From an uncultured bacterium (GTDB lineage Bacteria; Acidobacteriota; Thermoanaerobaculia; Multivoradales; JAHZIX01): 64,000 nucleotides of DNA. The DNA lies in NCBI GenBank assembly GCA_965368975.1, contig CBDUPA010000011.1:32001-96000 (forward strand). Reading direction: 5' to 3'. The notes below the pieces were generated by a model that was given only the letters and a program-made list of their open reading frames with translations, was not told where the DNA came from and searched no databases. Position numbers and translations under genes: made by a program. This document shows, piece after piece, positions 10,401 to 18,002 of this stretch (positions are counted from its first letter, which is position 1; every line of letters begins with the position of its first letter).

Positions 10401-13307
10401 GATGATGATCTCGGCATCCCCATCCTGGTCGACGTCGGCGACTGCGGTGAGATTGTGCTCGCCAGTCTTGCGGTTCGGTGCCTCGGCCATCGCCAGCACG
10501 CTTCCGTCGGTGCCATCGATGACGTACACCTGGCCGTCAGTAGCGGTGCTCGGAGTGTGACGGAAGACCAGGTCGTGTGCGCCGTCTCGGTTCGCGTCGA
10601 AGGCGATGGCGCCCTCGTCGTCCCGAAACAGGTTCGCCACGTCCAGGGACGCGTTGCCCTCGTGGCTCCAGAGCAGGGACGTACCGGCGGCTCCGATGTC
10701 GAGAACCTGGAGGAAGCAGCGGTTCTCACCGGCGTCACAGGGCATGTCGCTCATCTCGAGCTCTTCATCGCCATCGAAATCGGCGACGACGATCTGACTC
10801 TCGACGACGTTGGGAATCGCCTCCTGCCACTTGACCGTGCCGTCGTGCTCGAAGAGATAGCGGTTCCTTCGGTCGCGGCCCAGAAGCTCTGGAAAAGCAT
10901 CGTCGTCGAAGTTGGCCACGGCCAGGACGAGGTGACCTGCCGTCACCGTGCCGACGGAGACGGGTGTCGGCAGGCGAAACTCGACCTCTCCCGTCTGAGC
11001 TGGTCCACCGACCGGCCCCGGCATGCCGTCATGGTCGAGCACGGTGTTGTGGACGATCACCTCCATCGTGCCATCGAGGTCGAGATCGGCAACGGTGGCC
11101 ATCTTCTGGTCGTTACTGCCCCCCTGCCGGAAATCGGACATGTACTCCCACTGGATGGTGCCGTCCTCGGCGTTGTAGACGATGACGCCGGAGTAGACGT
11201 TGTGGTTGAAGCCCATGTCGATGCCGACGACGATCTCGACCGTTCCGTCGGCATCAATGTCCACGAGCTCGAGACCGGCGCTGTGCAGCTTGCCGCTGCC
11301 ACCGTTGGTGGTCGAGAGGTAGTGCGAGGTCCCCGTGACCCAGGCGAGGCTGCCGTCGTGGTGGACGGCGATCAGATGCTCGCCGTCGATACTGGCCGCT
11401 GGATCGTAGTTTCGAGCGCCGATCAGCTCGAGGTCGCCATCGCCGTCGATGTCCAGGAGAGCGACCTTGGACGAGGTGTACACTCCGCCGTGGCTCGCCA
11501 CCAGGCTGTAGTCCATGACCGGGTTCCCAACGGCGTCCCGCTCCTCGATGCAGGTATCGGCATCGACGATCCAGAACTCACCGTTGCAGGTGCATCCCGC
11601 CATGTGATCCACGCCGACGATCTCGAGGTCGCCGTCGCCGTCGACGTCACCCACCGCCAGCGTTCCCCGGGTCGAGAAGCCGCGTTCAGGGGTAGACGGT
11701 CCGGTCTGGCACAGCAGCTCGAGCTCGACCGGCGTCGTCCGATCCGGAGGCTCGAGCAGGAACTCGAACGAGCCATCGGCGGCAAGGGAGAGATCGCCCT
11801 GGGCCACGTCGGTAGCGAGCACCGCGGTCAAGGCGTCTCCGTTCGGGTCCGAGTCGTTGGTCAGCACGCCCGGCGCGGCGACCTGGAGCCTGTCGCCAAG
11901 ACGCGCCTCGAAGACATCGTTCCGAGCCTGCGGCGCGACGTTGATCTCCAGCACCTCGACCGCGAAGTGGGTGAAGTCGAGGTGGCCGTCGGCATCGTCC
12001 ACTTGTACGGTGACATCGTGCATGCCGACCTGGTGAGTGCCGGGCGTCCAGGAGACCGCGCCGCTCGCCGGGTCGATCGTCATGCCTGGCGGCGACAAGG
12101 GCAGGGAGAACGTCAGCGTGTCGTTGGGCAGGTCGGGGTCGGTGGCGGTTGTGTTGAGATTCAGGGTCGCGAGTTCGACGACCTGCCGCCCGGCGATGGC
12201 ATCCAGGGTGGGAGGCCCGCCTAGATCCCGCACGTCGACCGTGAAGGTTCGCTCGTCGCTTGCGCCCGCCCGGTCGGTGACCCGGACCCGGAAGGTGTGA
12301 GCACCGATCTGGGCACTGCTGGGCACCCAAAGGAGTGAACCATTCGCCAGATCGATACTGGCGCCGGCCGGACGCTCCACCAAGCTCCAGCTGAGCGTGT
12401 CAGCGGGCAGGTCGAGATCGTTGGCTGCAGCCACCAGCGCGACGATCTCGCGCTCGCGTACCTGCAGGTCGGCTAGCGGCTCCAACACCGGCGCGCTGTT
12501 GGGCGCGGTCTGCGCGATGCAGATCGTGTCGCGAACGTCGACCAGCGTGTCACCGTTGCAGTCTGGATCACCCGGCGCGACACCGCGCTCCAGAATCTGG
12601 TCGACGATGACCGCAATGTCGGCGGCATTGACGGATCCGTCACCGTTGGCGTCACCGGGTTGGACGGCAGCGTACGCCAGGGGTGCGAGAGCAAGACCGA
12701 GCCCGAGCACGACGAGGGCCACGGTGCCGCGACGCAGCCTGTGCAGCGCGAATCCGAGCAGCACGCAGATCAACAATACAAGGCTCCAACCCCCGAGCGT
12801 CGGGATCTCCAGGGGGGACTGGGCCAGCGCAACCACCACCTGGCCGTCTACGACTTCGGTAGGCGACACTGCCAGCGCGGATGTGGACGCGACCAGCAAC
12901 GACTCCACCATCACCGGCCAGGTACCGACCGGGGCGTCGGCGGCGATCTGGAAGGGAACGACGATCAAGCCGCCATCGGCCAGAGCGGAGGGCGTGCCGG
13001 TCACCACGGTGACGCGGAGGCGGCCTGGACTGATCTCGGTCCAGTCCAGGCTGTGGTCTACGAGGGCGCTGCCGGCGGTAGGTGTCCCCGCGTCAAGAAC
13101 CGCATCGTCCCAGGTCAGATCGAACTGCACCGCCGCGCCATCTGCGCCCGACGTCCAGTCGAAGGCGACCAACACATCGCTTCCCGGGGCACCCTCGGCG
13201 GAGAGCCCGATCAGGTTCGGCTGCGCCACCGCCGCTGGCGTCACCAGGATGCCGAGTAGCAAGAGTACGAAGGGAGCGGAAGAGAGTCTCCGTGCAACAT
13301 CAGACAT
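4464..13307 (-). CDS. Giant RHS/YD-repeat protein with cohesin-like, IPTL-CTERM, dockerin-like, Ig/cadherin-like, FG-GAP, PASTA and Big domains plus a C-terminal extension
   Basis: 2947 aa ORF; many YD repeats (~5300-8400); RHS core end RWYSPEIARF...LNRYVYTYGDPINRVDRDG; DxDGDGxxE repeats (~10400-11660); PASTA-like (~9630-9830); DxDGD..DCND..PGA..DGIDQDCDG motif (~9500-9620). Confidence 0.92.
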   Translation of the reverse strand: MSDVARRLSSAPFVLLLLGILVTPAAVAQPNLIGLSAEGAPGSDVLVAFDWTSGADGAAVQFDLTWDDAVLDAGTPTAGSALVDHSLDWTEISPGRLRVTVVTGTPSALADGGLIVVPFQIAADAPVGTWPVMVESLLVASTSALAVSPTEVVDGQVVVALAQSPLEIPTLGGWSLVLLICVLLGFALHRLRRGTVALVVLGLGLALAPLAYAAVQPGDANGDGSVNAADIAVIVDQILERGVAPGDPDCNGDTLVDVRDTICIAQTAPNSAPVLEPLADLQVREREIVALVAAANDLDLPADTLSWSLVERPAGASIDLANGSLLWVPSSAQIGAHTFRVRVTDRAGASDERTFTVDVRDLGGPPTLDAIAGRQVVELATLNLNTTATDPDLPNDTLTFSLPLSPPGMTIDPASGAVSWTPGTHQVGMHDVTVQVDDADGHLDFTHFAVEVLEINVAPQARNDVFEARLGDRLQVAAPGVLTNDSDPNGDALTAVLATDVAQGDLSLAADGSFEFLLEPPDRTTPVELELLCQTGPSTPERGFSTRGTLAVGDVDGDGDLEIVGVDHMAGCTCNGEFWIVDADTCIEERDAVGNPVMDYSLVASHGGVYTSSKVALLDIDGDGDLELIGARNYDPAASIDGEHLIAVHHDGSLAWVTGTSHYLSTTNGGSGKLHSAGLELVDIDADGTVEIVVGIDMGFNHNVYSGVIVYNAEDGTIQWEYMSDFRQGGSNDQKMATVADLDLDGTMEVIVHNTVLDHDGMPGPVGGPAQTGEVEFRLPTPVSVGTVTAGHLVLAVANFDDDAFPELLGRDRRNRYLFEHDGTVKWQEAIPNVVESQIVVADFDGDEELEMSDMPCDAGENRCFLQVLDIGAAGTSLLWSHEGNASLDVANLFRDDEGAIAFDANRDGAHDLVFRHTPSTATDGQVYVIDGTDGSVLAMAEAPNRKTGEHNLTAVADVDQDGDAEIIISWSVLGTDYLRVWTGSAANPLPAAPPYRNQWNFNEAMVNPDLTIPTNPVPHWLQPGRNGYFLLEQEPDPLIGTMQTFTYRANDGVLDSGGATVTLDILPAGNPPRFLTEPDALTTRGFQYTYAPIVVDPDLGDTVTFHLTAGPDGMTVDPVTGEVRWLPDTNGIFPVSLLATDTIGFAVDQSWDLEVGDPVTTPDVVGLPKAAAEADILAANLLVGKVSETLHPTVPAGAVSAQTPIGGSVTEFGNAVDLVISLGPAPEDVDNDGDTFTENGGDCNDGDNTIFPGAPDPAGDGIDQDCDGFDGSEPVAQVVIRPDMLDLLAGETFQLQAYAIFADGTSQIATSLATWQSLNSTTATVSPGGRLIAIANTGPAQITATVDAVVGTAMVNVTDFDGSDDDAPTVEIASPQDGESVFGPIEVLGTANDPNLVRYELAISPAGEETFTGIGGGTAPIVGGKLGDLDPTLLLNGLYALRLTVLDAGGNQTIDQVTVQVDGERKIGHFTLDFTDLEVPLSGIPITVSRTYDSRDKRQGDFGVGWRLGLQTVELTCTNPLGEGWFVGRSGLAFSLVPTRLHRCAVQIPGQRAERFDFVPSVTVSPLVPFSFVSGSFQPLPGTRGRLEVPDGIFLRIADAQPGAVSLLDDSDFSLFVPEQFRYTTETDVRIEFGPSGVTLIEDRNGNSLAFDAGGLTHSSGSSVAFERDARDRIVKVTDPLGNERTYTYSAVGDLSTATDFRGNTTRFFYGARHDLLRVEDPLGNRALRNEYDADGRLIRQLDADGKEVVFTHDIAGQREEVTDRLGNTTVFEYDALGNVTAVVDALGHRWLRSYDTFGNQLSRTDPLGNVTSWTYDAQGRPLTVTDPMGRVSSTTYDDLGNPLTVTNPLGEQIVNTYDSRGNRLTSRDPEGNVTRWGYDGAGNVTEMRDASGAVDAYTYDGQGRPLSWTGPEGVTVTLDNDARGQLIGEHRTLVTDAGVVPVDWAYNYDEEGNLRQFDSPLGEIATTSFDANNQLIGAVNPVRAWSLQRDAQGRPASAVVAGRTATQVDYDAEGRALEATLPEGLIVTRAYDALGRSVTSTVLGGGTKSQTWDAAGRLQSVSNGAGNTRTYTYDANGSVIATELPGGARITTNYDAAGRITSATGPIGTTYAFDHDRNGQVTRVTFPDGATRSRTYDANGRLETFTDFFGLPWSLEYSPGGRISTIHAPDGSVAHYSHDSDGSLDRVTDPRGNTTLVLHDARGREIGRTLPGGQTEQCTYDSDGRPASCTDFNGTTTTWNYDDVNRTSTRSAPDGSEVSTFDDMGRLLTKTDVNGTTEMTYDAAGRLVSWREPAGGPVTSYGFDAAGRLASMTTPRGTTTYLYDARGFLASKTGPEGTTTWTRDDGGRPLQVDMPDSSSVLRSYDIADRVLSLDYQSPSGSSIRRITYSYDTNGQISGFQESPGRAVSYVYDAMGRLQEETTSNGGSTSVKRYAYDAGGNLISLTAPSGTHALAYDANDRLLQDGTWTYGWDDNGSLTSRSDGTSTESFIYDSQKRLTRFERSGPSPTVVDYRYAIDGLLLSREQDGVRVDFVWDRVSSQFPRLIETRDAAGALLRHYDYGDDGPLQMFEAGLGTRTLMADHLGTVQALASTGAVVDDTPAGAFGVRDGELGTDLDFLGAYRDAATGLVFLHHRWYSPEIARFTQPDGAEADLQDSRSLNRYVYTYGDPINRVDRDGRLTTIQKITVAFAIVGTIHVALAVRASAKSFGSFSAALHTGFGLTVAFQEHQRLDAFYSGFAGETGFGAGAVGLGIGVESLKFRGGAGTATYGYFSSSLNSGVSNFNLTGGTALGLVWDTPSPDDYSGYFFGVNFNGPSWLGTKINQALTSGINKTAALVGRRGIGGFYRLIAPGPKGYGRKGRSSASGSSQAETQVTAAWSPTITYCADPSTGRPERSIPPPCRGAEPHVSHGLRAYTPRFVGTIGRPESKYSFGISVSYYWWLNAP

Positions 13308-13443
13308 GAATCGAATCCCTCGTGCGAATGAGCTTTGTGCGGTGTCGCGTGTGTGGTGTCGTCGTCTGGGTTGAGGCTGTGAACCAAGCCCCTCATCTCC
13401 TTCTGCGTAGAATCGCGAAACAGAGGACAGACTTTCGTGGGAA

Positions 13444-15963
13444 ATGCTTTGGTCCGTGTCAGACTTGGATGATCACCCCCGGAGGGAGCTTCCCTTGACG
13501 TCACCCGAGCAGTCCCGAAACGCCCTGGAATGGTTTGAACGCCTGGTCGAGGCGCGGACGGAGGAGCGCTCTCGCCAGCTGGTCGAGCTGCAGCGCGAAG
13601 ATCCGGACCTCGCGACCGCGGTGTCTGCTCTGCTTGCGGCCGATAGCGAGCCGGGCCTCGATGCTCCTTTCGAGCCGGCCAACGGCCTTCCAGGGGTTCT
13701 CGGTCCGAGCGCCGGAGATCGGTTGGGCCCCTACGAATTGACCCACCTTCTCGGTGAGGGCGGCATGGGGACCGTGTGGGAGGCACGGCGTGTCGAGGGC
13801 GGCTTCGAGCAGCGTGTCGCCGTCAAGTTCCTGCGCTACGTGGTAGCCGACTCGAGAGGAGAACGGCGCTTCCGCTTCGAGTGTGAGGTACTCGGAAGGC
13901 TCCAGCACCCCACGATTGCCCACATCCTCGATACCGGTCAGACGGCGGCGGGAATCCCCTACCTGGTCATGGAGCACGTCGAGGGGCTCCGTATCGACGA
14001 GTACTGCGATCAGCGGATCCTGTCGATCCGGGAGCGTGTCCGGCTCGTGGTCAAGATCTGCGCCGCCGTTGCCCACGCGCACCGCAACCTGGTGGTTCAT
14101 CGGGATCTCAAGCCCGCGAACATCCTGGTCACGGACGAGGGAGAGCCCCGACTCCTCGACTTTGGCATTGCCAAGTTGTTGGACAGCGACCGAGAGCAGG
14201 CCGCCCTGACGGTCGAGGGCCCGGGACCCATGACGCTGGAGTACGCCAGCCCGGAGCAGGTCCAGGGAATGCCGGTGACGACCGCAAGCGATGTCTACTC
14301 CTTGGGGGCCTTGCTGTATCAGCTGCTCACCGGACAGACACCGTTCGGCAACTCGGCGAACTCACCCCTGGACCTTGGACGCTCGGTCGTCGAACAGGAC
14401 GCATCTCCTCCCAGCTCAGTACTGACGCGCAGCGCCTCCCGAGACGCAGCCGATGTGCAAGCTACTCTCGAAGCCCGTGGCGCTGCGACGTCGGAGCAGC
14501 TGCGCCGCGAACTCCGCGGCGACCTCGACAACATCGCGCTCAGGGCCTTACAGCGCGAGCCGGAGCGCCGGTACCCGAGCGTCGATGCGTTTGCAGCGGA
14601 TATCCAGAACTGGTTGACCGGGTTTCCGGTCGAGGCGCGAGGGGATTCGCTGGCTTACCGCGGCGCCAAGTTCGTCCGCCGCAATTGGCTCATCTTGACG
14701 GCGGCGACTCTCGTGTTCGCGGCCCTGGCGATTGGAATGGGCGTCGCCACGTGGAAGGCCAATGAAGCCCGCAAGCAGCGCTTCCGGGCCGACGATCACG
14801 CTCAACGCACCGAGATGGTCAACGCCTTCCTGGTGGATCTATTTGCCGCCCCCGGTGGACGTTGGTGGCGAGATCTGGAGCACAGAGGACCGGAGACCCG
14901 CGTCATCGACGTGATCGACGAGGCAGCGGCTCGACTCGAGCACGAGTTGGACGGAGCACCCCTCCAGCGGGCAACCCTGCACCAGACCCTGAACGACACG
15001 TATCTCGCACTCGGGCTGCCGGACCGCGCGGAGCATCAGGTACGGCGAGCTCTGGAGATTCGACAGCGTGAACTCGGAGAGATCGCCCCGGCCGTCGCGG
15101 AGTCGACGTACTACCTGGCCGCGACGCTCAAGAGCCAGGAGCGCTACGACGAAGCACTAGAGATCTACCGGGCCGCCCTCGAGATCGAGCAGCGCTTGCC
15201 CACGCCGAGCAGGAATCTCCCCTACGCTCTGAGTGAAGCAGCCACAACCGCTGCCCGGGTCGGCCTCCATTCCGAGTTCGAGATCTTGGTCCGGGAGGCC
15301 CTGCTCCGGGTGGAAGAGTCCGAACCGCACCTCGAGGGGTACCTTCTTTCTTTGCGCGCTTGGCACCGTGCGGAACGCGGCGAGTCGAGACTTGCCGAGC
15401 AAGATTTGGTAGAAGCTCGGAGGTGGTTCGAATCAGCCAGCCCGGAGGCCGAGTCTCTGCGTAGCAATGCGCGGATTAGCTGGGCTACCGTTGCCTGGCT
15501 TGGAGATGATCCTCAAGAAGCGTTGGAGATGACGGCCGAGCCATCCTCCGGCCGCAGCTCTCGTTTGCGAGTTCAGGTTCTCTTCGACTTGGGGCGCTTC
15601 GAGGAGTCCCGGCACTGGCTCGAGGGTTTGGAGAACACTGCTGCCCAGTTCCTCGAAGGTCAGGTCCTCAGTGGTCGACTGGCCTTGGTTCTCGACGGAG
15701 ATTCGGAGCTGTGCATAGCTCGAGTCGAGCCGGCGCTGGAAGCGGAAGAGCGCTGGTCAAGAGGGCCTACTTGGTACCTGGCCGAGGCACGCTCCGCCAT
15801 GGCAGCCTGTCTACAGGCTCGGGGGCTGCCCGGAGATCGGGGCAGAGCCAATGAACTGGCGGAGTCGGCGCGAGCGATGCTCAACGTCCTGTTCGAACAG
15901 GGAACGCCTTTGCATCGGCGGATAATCCTAGAAGCGACGAATCGTTTAGAGCCAGGCTCATGA
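13444..15963 (+). CDS. Hanks-type Ser/Thr protein kinase with TM helix and TPR-like C-terminus
   Basis: GEGGMG, VAVK, HRDLKPANIL, DFG, YASPEQ, DVYSLG motifs; TM segment WLILTAATLVFAALAIGMGVATW. Confidence 0.93.
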   Translation: MLWSVSDLDDHPRRELPLTSPEQSRNALEWFERLVEARTEERSRQLVELQREDPDLATAVSALLAADSEPGLDAPFEPANGLPGVLGPSAGDRLGPYELTHLLGEGGMGTVWEARRVEGGFEQRVAVKFLRYVVADSRGERRFRFECEVLGRLQHPTIAHILDTGQTAAGIPYLVMEHVEGLRIDEYCDQRILSIRERVRLVVKICAAVAHAHRNLVVHRDLKPANILVTDEGEPRLLDFGIAKLLDSDREQAALTVEGPGPMTLEYASPEQVQGMPVTTASDVYSLGALLYQLLTGQTPFGNSANSPLDLGRSVVEQDASPPSSVLTRSASRDAADVQATLEARGAATSEQLRRELRGDLDNIALRALQREPERRYPSVDAFAADIQNWLTGFPVEARGDSLAYRGAKFVRRNWLILTAATLVFAALAIGMGVATWKANEARKQRFRADDHAQRTEMVNAFLVDLFAAPGGRWWRDLEHRGPETRVIDVIDEAAARLEHELDGAPLQRATLHQTLNDTYLALGLPDRAEHQVRRALEIRQRELGEIAPAVAESTYYLAATLKSQERYDEALEIYRAALEIEQRLPTPSRNLPYALSEAATTAARVGLHSEFEILVREALLRVEESEPHLEGYLLSLRAWHRAERGESRLAEQDLVEARRWFESASPEAESLRSNARISWATVAWLGDDPQEALEMTAEPSSGRSSRLRVQVLFDLGRFEESRHWLEGLENTAAQFLEGQVLSGRLALVLDGDSELCIARVEPALEAEERWSRGPTWYLAEARSAMAACLQARGLPGDRGRANELAESARAMLNVLFEQGTPLHRRIILEATNRLEPGS

Positions 15964-16478
15964 GCACACATCCCCCCGACAACAACGTGAGTGATCGCTA
16001 CTTCGCCGAGGTCTATTCCCACCTCCGAGCCCTCGCCGGATCGTATCTCCGCCGCGAACGAGCAGGGCATACGCTGCAGCCTACGGCACTGGTCAACGAG
16101 GCGTACCTCCGGCTCCAGAATGCCTCGGCGGACGACATCCCAGATCGGGGCAAGTTCCTGGCGCTGGCCGCGCGCGCCATGCGTCAAGTCTTGATCGATA
16201 GCGCGCGCAGGCAGCAGGCGGACAAGCGGCAAGGGCAAGCGGTGACGCTCGAAGAGGGCCTACTCGGAACAGCGCCGCAGACGCTGGACCTGCTCGCTCT
16301 GGACAGGGCTCTTGAAGAGCTGTCTGCTCTCGACGAGCAACGAGCCCGAATCGTCGAGCTTCGCTTCTTCGCTGGGTTGTCCTGCGAGGAGACGGCTGAA
16401 GTGCTGGGTATCAGTGCGCGTACCGTGGTCCGGCAGTGGCGGTCGTCGCGTGCGTTCCTGCTGCACCGGCTGGGCTGA
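15960..16478 (+). CDS. ECF sigma factor, TIGR02999/ECF43-like
   Basis: HTLQPTALVNEAYLRL and ARIVELRFFAGLSCEETAEVLGISARTV motifs; ATGA overlap with kinase stop. Confidence 0.92.
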   Translation: MSTHPPDNNVSDRYFAEVYSHLRALAGSYLRRERAGHTLQPTALVNEAYLRLQNASADDIPDRGKFLALAARAMRQVLIDSARRQQADKRQGQAVTLEEGLLGTAPQTLDLLALDRALEELSALDEQRARIVELRFFAGLSCEETAEVLGISARTVVRQWRSSRAFLLHRLG

Positions 16479-16503
16479 GGTTGCCTGCGCATGCGGCCAC
16501 GGC

Positions 16504-16695
16504 TCAACTCAACAACACTTCCAAATCCTCCCGCGTCAACTCCTGCAACGGCCCACTATCCGTCCGAAAAATCGCATCCGCCAGATCCCGCTTTTGCTGC
16601 TGCAACTCGATGATCTTCTCTTCCGCCGTTCCCTTGCAAATCAGGCGATGCGCAAAGACATGATGCGTCTGCCCGATCCGATGCGCACGATCGAC
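16504..16695 (-). pseudogene. Orphan 3' fragment (64 codons including stop) of the SNF2 helicase gene; direct repeat of 25800-25991
   Basis: Translates VDRAHRIGQT...REDLEVLLS*; about 19 mismatches in 192 nt against 25800-25991 by hand alignment. Confidence 0.92.
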
Positions 16696-16733
16696 CACGT
16701 TGCCCGAATCACCCTAGTGAATGCTTTCTGGGT

Positions 16734-16770
16734 TGTTTGATTTTCGAACACGCTGTCTGGAAATCCAACA
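16734..16770. promoter_or_regulatory. Tandem TGT-N11-ACA dyads, candidate enhancer (UAS) for a sigma54 activator
   Basis: TGTTTGATTTTCGAACA (16734-16750) and TGTCTGGAAATCCAACA (16754-16770), 20 bp period, ~100-130 bp upstream of a -24/-12 element. Confidence 0.55.
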
Positions 16771-16865
16771 CTTGTTGCTGCCGCGTTCATTCCCGAGTTG
16801 CCGCGAGCGTCTGTAACTTACTGAAAATAAGTTCTTTTTCCGCGGCGTAACGCTGCTTCCATGCC

Positions 16866-16881
16866 TGGCACGGACTTGGCA
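16866..16881 (+). promoter_or_regulatory. Sigma54 -24/-12 promoter
   Basis: TGGCACGGACTTGGCA: GG-N10-GC, one mismatch to TGGCACG-N4-TTGCW. Confidence 0.7.
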
Positions 16882-16990
16882 ATAGGAGCAAGAGAAGTTC
16901 GAAAGAACCTTGCCCGCAGTTCTGGGTTTCTCAGCTCTGGACGGCAAATGGCACAACTCTCACAACGGTTTCCCAAACGAGGAGTACGAA

Positions 16991-17899
16991 ATGCAGAAGT
17001 CGATCCGCTTGCTTTGCCTGGCCGCTCTCGCGGCGTTCACCACTCTTACTCTGGCTCCGGCTGTTTCGGCAGACGTCTACGATGAAATGAAACTGGAAGC
17101 TGCTGCACTGCGGGTGGAGCTCATGGCGGACGCTACCGAATCCCTCCCGGGCAATGACGAGTGCGCGAATCCGTTCGGTGATCTCGCTGTCGGCACCGTC
17201 ACCTCCGGTTCGAGTACCGGTGCGACTCTAGATGCACCTCCCGCGCCGGATTTCTGTGGCACCTCTATCAACGGACCCGGGGTCTGGTACACGGTGACTG
17301 GCACCGGCAACACGATGTCGGCTTCGACCTGCCTTGGTGGTGGTAACGCCGGCTTCGATTCCAAGATCAGTGTTTTCTGTGACGACTGTGAAGACTTGAA
17401 GTGTGTCGCTGGCAACGATGATGACAGTGCTTGTGGCTTTGCTTTCACCTCGACCGCCTCCTGGACCTCGCAGCCGGGGGCCAAGTACCGGATCCTGGTG
17501 CATGGTTTTGCCGGCAGTCAGGGCGACTTCGATCTGGCGATTCTCGACGACGGCGTGCCGGCGACGGCGGATGTGGAATGTCCGCCCGGCGACAGCGATG
17601 GTGACGGTGTGGCGGATCCGGTCGACTTCTGCCCCGACACCGTGATTCCGGAGTCGGTGCCGACCTCTCGGCTGGGCGTCAACCGCTTTGCGCTGGTCGA
17701 CGACAACGGTATCTTCGACACCACGTCGCCACAGGGCAGGGGCCCCCGTCTGACTTTCAGCATCGAGGACACCGCAGGTTGCTCTTGCGAGCAGATCATC
17801 GCTGAGTTGGGACTCGGCAAGGGGCACGAGAAGTTCGGCTGCAGCATCAGTGCGATGGAAGACTGGGTAGAGGTGGTTGCACCTCTGACTAGTCCGTAG
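16991..17899 (+). CDS. Secreted Cys-rich protein (PPC/CUB-like beta domain, TSP3-like DSDGDGV..D.CP motif, Cys-containing C-terminal domain)
   Basis: GAGGAG RBS before ATG 16991; signal peptide ending AVSA; NDECANP, GVWYT and CVAGNDD motifs. Confidence 0.75.
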   Translation: MQKSIRLLCLAALAAFTTLTLAPAVSADVYDEMKLEAAALRVELMADATESLPGNDECANPFGDLAVGTVTSGSSTGATLDAPPAPDFCGTSINGPGVWYTVTGTGNTMSASTCLGGGNAGFDSKISVFCDDCEDLKCVAGNDDDSACGFAFTSTASWTSQPGAKYRILVHGFAGSQGDFDLAILDDGVPATADVECPPGDSDGDGVADPVDFCPDTVIPESVPTSRLGVNRFALVDDNGIFDTTSPQGRGPRLTFSIEDTAGCSCEQIIAELGLGKGHEKFGCSISAMEDWVEVVAPLTSP

Positions 17900-18002
17900 G
17901 TTCTCGCCGGACGACGATGCCGTGGGCACGGCTCGTCCAGTGAGACACAACCACCGGGGTCGCCGCTACGTCTGGCGACCCCGGTTCTTGAGATGTGGCA
18001 AC

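Noticed and set aside
5541-12224. Long + strand ORFs (628, 631 and 745 aa) opposite the RHS gene
   Set aside because: Antisense shadows typical of high-GC coding DNA; no recognisable motifs
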